Source of the DNA: Yuukianura sp. NJ FZ-2021
Taxonomy: Eukaryota
DNA: 64,000 bases
Reading direction: 5' to 3'
Assembly: GCA_046563655.1 (NCBI GenBank)
Contig: CM102289.1
Location: 7,688,001 to 7,752,000, forward strand
The notes beneath the pieces were generated by a model, which worked only from the letters and a program-made list of their open reading frames with translations, made no database searches and was not told the DNA's origin. Positions within the stretch are counted from its first letter, which is position 1, and each line of letters starts with the position of its first letter. Below, in pieces: positions 53,684 through 64,000 of the stretch. The position numbers and the translations under genes are program-made.

Positions 53684-56152
53684 TTACTGTTGTTCCTTTC
53701 TGAGTAAATAGGCAGACCAATACGCTAAATGAGAAAAAAGAGAAAGTAAATACACTGGAACTAGGACGCTGTAAATATCATCTTACACTTTCCTCAAACA
53801 GTCTTGATAGTAATGAGATACTTTACTTACCTAAATTAAAAAGAGCAAAGATAAGTGGAAATACAATCCTGGAGATGACATCAATTCGTTTGGAGCGAGA
53901 AGGAAACTTTGCAAGCCACGTCTTGCAACAGCCTGCTTGATTCCGTCCAGCGAAATTAATTTCACATTGCTTCTCGCGTGCTTTCTCCAGTGCCACTCCC
54001 AGTGCGTCACCTTTTCGATTGATTCCTTCCTGCAAAACAACAAGATCATCTTCACTCCATTTAAAAAAAAAACGCGGCGAAATTAAAATCAATGGTGAGA
54101 AACTATGGCGTTTGGGAACAGTCCCACTTAGCACAGGATGAGAGCGTGATAGCTCAAGGGTTAGAGTGCTTCCCGGAGAGAAGAGATGTGGGTTCGAATC
54201 CCACTCGGTCCTGTATTTTTTCTACACTCTCGCTCTTTGTCTCTCAAGCCATGTGACCCCTGAACTTCACAAAACTTACGATTCGCACGGGTTCCTTGAG
54301 GGTATCATCGGAAGCGGCGACAACCAAAGCAGCTTCCAGAGCAGCTCCTTGTTCCAGCTCCCACTGACGCCTTCGCTTCTTAAGTGCTTCCCGATGTTGA
54401 TCGGATCTTGAGGCGTAGTTGACAAGTGCAAATTCCATAAGAGCACCGAAAACAAACATGAGACAAACGCCTGTCCAAACGTCTAGAGCTTTCTGTGACG
54501 GTGACAAATGATTCAATTACTTCGACTCCACAATGCCACCAAATGATAAATAAATATTGCTGGAGAAAATATTTTCTTTGGCGTAACTTACCATGTAGCT
54601 CACAGGAGGGAGCTTTTGGTTGGTCGAAGAAGTTTGAGTTGCCATTGTGAGCAGCGTTGTAACGCCGAGACTGACCTGCATTCCAAATATTCTGTTAAAA
54701 AGTTTTTGGTAAACTCTTTTTTGAAAACTTGGAAAAATTTACTCACCCTTGCCGGAACAGCGCTTTGGTCTAACCAGAAGGAAACCCACGAGACAATTAC
54801 CAACATACAACACGGAATGTATATTTGAAGGAGATAGTAGGAAAATTGTCGCTTGAAAAGCAAATCCACACGCAGGCAACTATAAATTCCTGAAATCAAC
54901 AAACGAAAGTTAAAATTAACAAATTTGCGAGTTGTGACTAGTTAGTGCTGATATAAATTTTAAACTTGCCAGTATTTGTGTGACTATCACAGTAGTCAGT
55001 AGCAAATTGCTGAAGAGCAAATTTGGGCAGATGTAGGTTGTCAGTAACTTGTACCGGTCTATGATTCTTCCATTGAAATATTAAATCTGCTGTTGTCCAT
55101 CCATCTACAATCAGAAAACATTTCATTAGAAAAATTCCACCAATCGGAAACAAGTATTCACCGCAATATCTCGATAAGCTTACAACTGGCCATGCGCAAC
55201 GAGCACGTTTGAGAATCAAGCGGATACAATTTGAGAACCATTGGACAGGCAAGTGTCAGGGAAATCCTAAATCCAAAACAAAAAATCCGTTGACCTTCTA
55301 CTATTTTGAATTCAGTGCGAAAATTTTTTGTTTTACCGAATGCTATAAAGTACTTCGCCGGTAGGGTATATACGAATGTACACATTTGGCATAATAATTT
55401 CATGGAGATGACCTTGTTTTTCATTTGAAAAGAACAAGTCAGGCATCCAAACTTTCTTGGAATCCGTTAGCGTCAAGTACGGAATAGTTCCTGAAATAGG
55501 CACCCAAGAAATGCTTTAGTTCAGCAGAAATTCAAAATTCTTCTAAAAATTAATTACTTTTCAGAACTTACTTGTAGGAGGTATGAGATGATTAAATTTG
55601 AGTCGCTCGTCTGTCCATTCTTCTCTAAATGTAAGCTGAACACTGTACTCCTAACATTACAAAATTCAAAAGTCAAACCAAAAACTACTAAAAGCTAATT
55701 TCAGAAATTCATTTACAAAAATATTTGAAATTGGGTCATACCATTTTGATGTCGTCAATTGTGGCTATACTTCGCACAAACAAATTAACGCTGACGATTG
55801 TTGCAGCTAGAAACATATCATAAAATGTAAAAGTAAACAAAATTAATATAATATAAATTCATTAATTTGAATCACTTACTACTTCCGTTTACTCCGGACG
55901 GTCGGATTTTGCTGTCGTAGACCTTACCTCCAAGGATTTTGTCCAGCACTTCTTTTTCTACTTCTCGACTATTTTTGTCTCCACTAAACAACAAAAATGG
56001 ATCCAAAAAATACAACCTATGTTACAACCCAATTCTTTAAAAATTTCAACTTACTGTGTCGAGACACTGGTGAAAGTGAATGAAAATATGAAAAGAGTCA
56101 CTAAAATTTGAAAGATCAGTTCCACACAACCTCCGGGTATCCGAGAATACAT
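53684..56152 (-). CDS. GluCl: Glutamate-gated chloride channel subunit (Cys-loop ligand-gated anion channel), multi-exon
   Basis: Signal peptide, [37 protein letters not shown], Cys-loop [15 protein letters not shown], loop [16 protein letters not shown]2 [16 protein letters not shown]3 [23 protein letters not shown] and TM4 [13 protein letters not shown]. Confidence 0.93.
54133..54221 (+). ncRNA. tRNA-like Pol III element (pseudo-tRNA or tRNA-derived SINE head) antisense within a GluCl intron
   Basis: A-box TAGCTCAAGGG (54150-54160), D-stem GCTC/GAGT, CTTC/GAAG stem with a 7-nt loop, perfect T-arm GTGGG-TTCGAAT-CCCAC and a T6 terminator (54216-54221). The acceptor stem is irregular. Confidence 0.6.
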
Positions 56153-57779
56153 AAGTAATGCTAATTCAACGAAATTTAACAACGAAAAATAATGTATGCA
56201 GTGACCTTCAAAACACAATTTTGATTTCTGAGTTGCTAAATACTGCTACTATCCCAAAGAACCTTCAAAATTCAAAAAACTTCGGTTTGACACCTCAAAA
56301 ACTTTGTTTTAAAAAGTTAATCGTCCATTTTCACTTTCCCTTAAGCTTGAATAACAGCGGACGTCACTCAATTCGCTTTAAAAGTGAAAGGTAGCACACT
56401 CTGGAGATGGGATTTCTAAGTCTCCAGCAGCTTCTCCATTGTAAATTTTATAGGTTGTATACTATAACAAATTCTAAGGTTTCCAAACAGCCTAGAGAAC
56501 GACGTAACACTCCTGGAAGGAGAATATTTTACTATGATAGTCCTTATAGAAGTGCCGTTTGAGCTCAAATCTGTTACAGGATCGAACCAGCCCAGGCACT
56601 CCGAGACTTTCACTTTGACCTACAATGCTCTTGCGTTCTCTTCTTTGCGCTTTCTCTTCTGCCACATCCTCCCTTTATGCCATTGATTTTCTGTATAAGA
56701 GGCTCACAGCCCAGATTCTGGATTCTGAAAGATCAGAATTACCCAAAATGGTTCGTTGCCCTGGGAAAATGCATCTGAACCAACAACTAGTACAAGAAGT
56801 GACTTTCACTCAAGTGACTACTTTCTCTAGAAACATGAGATTGCATGGATCCTGACACATGTAAAGCATATCACTTATCGTTTCATAGAAATTGCTAATA
56901 TAATAACCATATTTTCAATTTTCGTGTTTTCACTTTTCCTTTCTTCGGGCTAAAGATCTAAGCTAAGCTATTTAAACAAAAAAGCTAAAATTTAAAAAAA
57001 AAACGAATCGATTGTAAAGAAAATTGAGTATAAAATCTGGAGTACATAAATGAAAAAACGCCAAGTTTTTGCAATGCTTGTGCCAAATTGTTTTATGGTG
57101 TCTGATTATTTTAATGAATTATGTACATCGACACGAACATAAATTGGTCTAAAATTTTAAAACTAATCCAATGAAAGTTAAAATCATGTTACTAAAATGA
57201 TTACTAATGCTAAACAACATTCGTTACACAATTGAAACAACTTACCCAACATGGCTATAGGTATTTAAGTTTTGGAAAGTGGTAAAGCCCAAATAATTCA
57301 AATGCATCTTCTTGCATTACTAAAAATTTGTATGATTTGATTGAATCATTGAATCTCAAGTTACTTAATCGGAAATATAGAAGACTTTGGCAGCAACGTA
57401 GTAATTTCTTAAAATCCTTGTTCTAAAAGCATTGCCAAAGTCAACATCATTTTCCCTGTTAATGGTGGTGACAAATTCCACATGTAAGACCTTCCAGAAG
57501 GTATTTTTTGTACATGTTTTCCTAAAGCATTTTGTTGTAGTAATTAACTTAAGTGCTAACCAATTTAATTCCAAATGTACCTCAGTAGAAGGAGATGAAA
57601 AGATGACAGTGGAACTTCCTAGATCTTATGTAAACAACGTATTTGCCAAATGGTACATACGGTTCCCTGCATTTTCCAATTTCCAATTGCAAATGATTCC
57701 AATTTCCAATTTGAGTACTTATGAAGGTGCGTAATAATGCTTCATGTTATAAGGTTATGCCAACATGCCAATCTCCGGA

Positions 57780-59870
57780 TCAATATCTTCTCTGTATGAA
57801 AAAATAAGAGGATTGTGTAGTAAGTAGAAAGCAAACAATGTACCAAATACCCAGAATTAGTCAACCGTCACGTATCCATTGACACACAGCCTCAATGAAT
57901 TGTAAAACTAATTGATCTGTGAAAGGTATGCTCATGTAGTAGAAGCTCCATGAATCCTAAAATGTTAATTGAAGTGTTTTGCTTACCTTTATTTCGTGTA
58001 AATCCCCCTTTCCGTATCCACCTCCCCCTCCACCGCCCATTCCATGTCCAGAATCGTACGCACTAAAAATAAGACAATCCAAAACATAAATGCGACATTC
58101 TGATGAGTTTGATTTGCAGTTTTCCATTTTAAAATCATGAGCCTTACTTTCGGTTTGGTCCACCTCCATGTTGAAATTTGTTCATAAACATTCCATCTTG
58201 ACCTGGATTATTCCATCCTTCGTTTCCACTCCCGCGGTCCATACCACCACCACCATACCCTCCGCTAACATTCCCACCAGCGTGTCCAGCGTAGTTCCCA
58301 TTTCCAGGCATCGTATTGAATGGATTGGTGGTTTGGAGTTGCGTTGTATTGAAGATGGCGATGTTTCCAGGTTTAAGTACGCCATAGGAAGCCAAAATAT
58401 TGGAAGCTGCAATAATCTCTTGTGTTGCTTTTGGAGGATAACCGACGTTAAGGAGATAGGCCTTCATGCCTTCCAGCATATGGGGAGGAGGTGTGTGTCC
58501 GTCTGGAAACAAGAAGTTCATACACCGTCATTTAGCACATGGAGAATTTCAAGATTTGAATACAGATATCGTACTCACTTGCAATTGGAGGTCCGGAATA
58601 TGTACACCAAAAATGTACTTGCGGTGGGAAGGTGTTCGTGGAAATGCCAATTCCGTTGCCTCCAGGCACTGCTGGAGAAGGTTCATTCCCTCGGCCTTCT
58701 CTTGCACTCATCATCTCACCACGTCCGCCACCCTTGTCCCAATGTCGTCCTGAATTTGAGTTAACACAACTTTAATTCATTCCGAGTTCATAATCGAATT
58801 GAAATTAATCAATTACTTACGTGGAGGCGGCTCCTCGTAGTAGTCGTCCTGGTAATCGTCCCGCCTTGACCCACGACCGTGATGCATTTCACGTCGTTCC
58901 GTATCCGAGCCAGAATAATTTATAATTAAGCAAGATCCGCTGGAAGGATCAGTCTTGATAACGTCCAGAATCAGTTTCAGTCCCTTTTCGATGTGTTCAG
59001 CGCTACCTGTGAACAAGAATGTATAACTACAACGCCGTCGCGACTCACGAGACGACTGCCTAGAACTTTGTATAGAAGTGGTTCACAGCATGTATTCAAC
59101 TTACTATTGTTGTTATGAATTGTGACAATCCTTTCATTGGAAGGAACGTGATCTGTTTTTTGGGTTAGGGTAATATGGCACCCAGATTCCTCTTGGATAC
59201 TTTTGACCCGACTTCCTCCTTTGCCGATGATTAATCCAGCCGTAGTTTGTGGTACAACCAACGAAATCTGGAAATGAGAACAAATATGTTAAACAAACGT
59301 TTCATTACCATTTTAGAATTACTTTACTTCTTTATCCGAAACAGACTTTGGACGGGAATTTTTAGGAAAAAGATCCGAAGGCGATGTCATCCGCTTGAAA
59401 ATGATCATCGTAGCGGTCAACATGTTATTCACGCTACCCGACATCAGAGCCACACGACTGTCTGTCCCTGAATTTATAAGATTGAAAGAAAAACATCAGA
59501 TATTGATATTATGCCCCACTTTTAATAAATTCCTTAAATTCGTACCTGGAAAAACATCATTTGCTTTTGACATTCGAATATGGACATTATATTCTTTCTG
59601 CAATTCCGAAATATTGGCTCCTCCTTTGCCAATGACAGATCCAGCAGTGGCTTGCGGTACCAAAAACTTCAAATACAGTGCTTCCGAATCTAGTTTCAAG
59701 GGTCAGATATAAAAAACTTAAGTTTTACATCGTATCCACTTCTAAAACAGAAAATCAATAAATCTTAATTTACCTTCGTTGTGTGATCTTTTTTGTGGAG
59801 CTCGTTCTCCAGCATCGTCCCCATCATTGTTGTTAGCCCGTTTCCTGGAATTATTGCCGTCTTCCTCCAT
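57780..59870 (-). CDS. Nova/pasilla-like KH-domain RNA-binding protein, multi-exon
   Basis: N-terminal SRKR...QKRS NLS-like segment. KH1 is LKFLVPQATAGSVIGKGG...RMSKANDVFPGT and KH2 is VVPQTTAGLIIGKGG. The Nova-type DPSSGSCLIINY follows, then a Gly/Asn-rich tail. The terminal exon is inferred. Confidence 0.8.
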
Positions 59871-60624
59871 TCTTTAAGTAGACAACTTCGATTCCTGAAT
59901 AACGTAATCTCCTTTAGTGACACTAACAAAAGCGTTTGTACAAATGACCAAATCAGTTTCACTTCCGGTGTTCCGGTACCGGTAGCTTTATTCTGCAAAA
60001 CTAAAAAAAAATCCCATATGGTTTGTGTTTCAACATATTTTGAATAACGAAAAACTTACCGAAGAAGGTTCTCAACAACAGGGGAAGCGGAAATACAAAG
60101 GAAATAATTTGATAGATTATAAAAAACGATACTCAATTCGGCACGCACTGCAAATCATCTGATCTCTCAAGTGAACGCAATTGAAAATTAAAAGTGAAAT
60201 CAGGGTTGACTATTCCACAGAATTGGCAGAAAATTTAGCGTCAATAATTTAAATGTCATATGCTAAACCGCGCGAATTTTGAAAAATGGCAAAATACCTT
60301 TTGTTTTTGTTGCATTTGAGATTTAGCATTTGCATGACAAAATACTAAACTACAAAATGTGTCCTTTTACTTAGCATTACGGAGTTTTGGAATTCACATT
60401 TTGTAATGCCGTTTTGCTGCATTTCGTAGTGGCATTTGGCAAAATCTAAACATGTGATTTTGTTATTGTTTTTTTGACAAGCTGCGTTACCGGTTTTTAT
60501 TTACGATGCTTAATTATTGTTTAATTATTAATTAATTAAAGTATTCTGTGATATCAAGTAATTGACGAACGGGGATTTTTGACCTGACAAATGTGTTTTA
60601 CTTAATACCTTGAACTTGAAGGAA

Positions 60625-63600
60625 ATGGAAATGGAGTCAGACAATCCCAAAGGTGAAGGTCACCGTGTTTTACGGGTCTTACCGCAAGAAAGTTCTTCGT
60701 TCTACCTCCAACATTGTACACAACTTCCAGAAAGCATACTGCAAATCGTTAATCCCTACAGCACTGGGTTGGAAGAATACATAAGCCTTTGTGTCACTCG
60801 AAATGAAAGCGGGCGTGCAAATGATGTAAAGCATAGAACTAACATTCTTCTAAGGATTTCAGCGTTTGAAACAAATTCTGGAGTTACTGCTGATGAAAGC
60901 TCAATCACTTGCGATATTAGAGTCCAGGAAATACACCTTGAAAATTCAGCAGATCTGGCAAGGTTCCCACAATTGAATGAAGTGGATATACTGGTCGCGT
61001 GTTCAATCAGAGACATGTTGTGTAACTACTGGGATCGACATAGAAACATTTATGTTAAGGTAATCCTCCATCACGATTTTGTAATGCAAATGATTAACGA
61101 GATTTTGCTATGATATTCGTATGATTTGCAGATGCCGATGATATCGGATCACTCAACTTTAGATGATGACTTCCCTGTGCACAAACTGAAGTGCAGCACT
61201 ATTCGAACCATGTCAGTGACTGTAATTTTTGAAGATTTGAGTCATAATCAACCGGATAGGGATTTTTCCGGTGATTTTTCTAAACAGCTACTGAAGGATG
61301 CTTTCAAGGCGTATGGAGTTCATGTCAAAGGAAATACAGTAATTGACTTTCGGGAATGCCCGTTCCTCTCCGCCTTCCAGTGGAAGTTAAACTTTGTTTT
61401 TGTTCATGACTGTGTGATGTCCAATTCTCAAGCGGACATTGGCAGACTGAACAGTCAAACTCAGATTACGATTCGGAGAAATCACGACGTACCTTACTTT
61501 CGGAGGATTCTGGACGCAGTATCAACCATTAGGGACGATTCCTTTCCTGGACTTGAACCGGCATATGCTGGATTGAAGTCTTGTTTTGAGATTCATCCTC
61601 CATCTATCACGAAGCAATTGTCGAAGAAACACTATTATTCGGGAGTTCTACTTGGAGGTCCTTCAGGATCAGGCAAGAGGAATCTGGTTCTGCAAATTGC
61701 CAAGATGTACTGTGCTAGAATATTTTCAAGCAACTTGGGCGTTGAGGAGCAGAAGATACGACAAAGTCCAAAAACAGTAATTGAAAAGATGACGAAAATT
61801 TTTGAAGATGCAAGTTATAGCAGTGCAGTCTGCGGCTACCCAGTTTTAATTCTTCTAGAAAACTTGGAAGTACTTCGAGCGGATGACGCTGCGTTGACCT
61901 CTCGGACCCGCCATAACAAAGAGGCTATTACAAACCATATTTGTGATCTGTTGGATGTCGCTGGGACGGACGTGAGGCTAAACGTTCCATTTGTTGTAGT
62001 GGCCACCACATCCAAACCGTACTTGATTCCAGAAAAATTAAGAATCTGTTCCAGGCTAAGTCAAGAGGTATGACATTCTACTGCCAAGTACTTGCATTGT
62101 TAACATTCGAACTAATTTATAATTGCATTTCACTTTCTTCTAGATATTTATCAACGTGCCTGATTTAGCCGAGCGAGTCGAGATTCTAAAGTCTATGCAA
62201 GCCGAGAATTCAGAACTTTCATCACTGAACATTGAATTCTTAGCGAGAAGAACTCCGGGATACGTTCGCTCTGACCTAATTCGATTAATCAATCTGGCGC
62301 TACTCAAATCCCATGTTAGTCAATGCGACTTTTACTCATGATATCATTATGATTTTATAATTTAAATCTTAAACTTATTAATTTTACATAGGAAACAAAC
62401 GACTGTCAAAGTTTTGAGAAACATCTCAAGTTTGCCCTCTCTCGTGTCCTTCCTTCTGTACTGCAAGGTGGCATTGGTGTAATAAGCAGCAAAGTTTCTG
62501 AAGGTTTGGAACGCATTTCTGGGCTCGACGCTGTCAAAATGGAGCTAGTGCAAACAATTGTTTGGCCATTGGTCATTCCAGAAGCGCTGGAACGGATGGG
62601 AATTCAGCCTCAGAAAGGTATGCTGAAGTTTTTTTTGTGCAGATTATGGAGAATGTTGGAAGTAAAAATTAGTTTGTTTGCAGGAATAATCTTGTACGGT
62701 CCTTCAGGATGTGGGAAAACATCGCTAGTACGAGCTATAGCCAGCAGTCATCATACCAATTTCATCTCTGTTTCTTCCGCAGAATTATTTTCTTGTGGTG
62801 TTGGAGACAGTGAAAAAATAATTTCTCATTTATTTCATTTAGCGAGACAAGCATCTCCTTGTGTCCTCTTCATAGATGAACTTGGTAAAAAATAATTTTT
62901 TTTTAAATTTATGTCAACACTGTGATCTAAAAATAATTTTTTTTAATTCCAATTTAGACGCGATTGTTGGCTCAAGGGATTCGAAATCTTCCGGTGGGAA
63001 AGGAGTGAATGACATGATACTTTCAATGCTTTTGACTGAGATGGACGGAATTGGACAACGGAACTCATTTGCCGTTCAAGGACATGATAAAGTAAGTAAT
63101 AAAAGCTATTTATTGTAGGTCTTTTTGCGAAAATCTGATAATAATGAAATATTTTTATCTTAAGAAATCGCCAGCATTTGGGCAGCGATTTGTAGTCGTT
63201 GGAGCCACCAACCGTCCGGAGATGATAGATTCGGCATTACTCCGCCCAGGACGCTTCGATCGCCTTGTCCCTGTACCTCCGCCAAACGAAACTGATCGAC
63301 TAAAGTTGTTGAAGAACTGTACCCGGAATACTGCTTTAGGCAATGATGTGATACTTGAAAGCATCGCTAAAAGAACAGAGCGCTTCTCTGGTGCGGATAT
63401 TGTCAACCTTTGCAGAGAGGTAGGGAAACTCGACATGTAAAGTTAATAATTTCTTCAACCTGGTACAAATTAAGTTTGTTTTACTTGCAGGCGGGACTTC
63501 GTGCTCTTTCCGAAAATATCGACGCTACTTGTGTATCAATGAAGCACTATGAAGATGCTTTAAGTGGATGTTCTCCTTCGATATCTAACCAATATCTAGA

Positions 63601-63676
63601 TTCCTTTTACAAATATTCCTCCCGAGAAGCTGCCAGCACACTGCATATCGAACTGAACTCTCTGAACATTAATTGA
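60625..63676 (+). CDS. Double AAA+ ATPase of the CDC48/AFG2 group, probably SPATA5L1/AFG2B-like
   Basis: D1 has Walker A GPSGSGK with a degenerate Walker B (LILLENLE). D2 has Walker A GPSGCGKT, Walker B VLFIDE, LLTEMDG and the SRH ATNRPEMIDSALLRPGRFD. Confidence 0.8.
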
Positions 63677-64000
63677 TCATTACAATTATTTTAACTTTGC
63701 GAAGACTTAATTCAATTGTAATTGGAATGTCGAAACATTATGGCTTTATGTAAACAAGTATTTTTATAAATTACTTTTTTACGTAAATGAACCTTCGTCA
63801 CCAATCATTAAAACATTTTTGTCAAGCCAACGGGAGGCAAGTTTTCAAAAATCTTTAAAAACAATTTGAAAACGTCACCAACTTGCGGAGCAGCCGCTGC
63901 TGCCGCATCTATCAGAGACGGAGACGTTGGAAGACGCTGCTGCTAATGCAGCTTTTATTATTATAAGAATTATGTAATTTCATTACTTCAATTCTCCCCA

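Noticed and set aside
56570..56630. B-box-like GGTTCGATCC on the minus strand upstream of GluCl
   Set aside because: There is no convincing A-box or cloverleaf, so support for a tRNA or SINE is insufficient.
57957..57986. Possible 30-nt intron giving an alternative Nova-like C-terminus (DSWSFYYM...)
   Set aside because: It is far shorter than other introns in the window, and the extension has no KH similarity. The acceptor at 57792 was preferred, though unproven.
58168..58764. 198-aa plus-strand ORF
   Set aside because: It is antisense to Gly-rich exons of the Nova-like gene and has no recognisable domain.

Overview
This is gene-dense, AT-rich eukaryotic nuclear DNA with many short GT-AG introns (mostly about 55-100 nt). 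The gene set points to an invertebrate, most likely an arthropod with a compact genome; the taxon is an inference. No prokaryotic operon, CRISPR array or transposase was seen. Manual splicing gives, in order: Vsx/Chx10 homeobox (-, probably continuing past the left edge), strumpellin/WASHC5 (-), MFSD12-like transporter (-), TRAIP-like RING-H2 protein (+), a 2xBIR+RING IAP (-), mitochondrial acetyl-CoA acetyltransferase (+), BIG1/2-type Sec7 Arf-GEF (-), ZnT7-type zinc transporter (-), a divergent copine (-), kaptin (+), PHM (+), two tandem regucalcin/SMP-30 paralogues (-), R7BP-like (-), glutamate-gated chloride channel (-), Nova/pasilla-like KH protein (-) and an AFG2/SPATA5-like double-AAA ATPase (+). 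The best novelty candidate is an intronless secreted 6-Cys peptide gene nested antisense in a PHM intron. It has a drosomycin-like cysteine spacing but lacks the central disulfide pair, and has STAT-like and kB-like motifs upstream. Other leads: an NPF-motif cluster in the BIG Arf-GEF, a copine lacking its calcium ligands, a Nova-like protein lacking KH3, an active-site Asn-to-His change in one regucalcin copy, a tRNA-like Pol III element in a GluCl intron, a GC-AG intron in the IAP and a candidate 3-exon orphan microprotein. Gene identities come from recognised motifs, not database searches, and exon boundaries are hand-derived.
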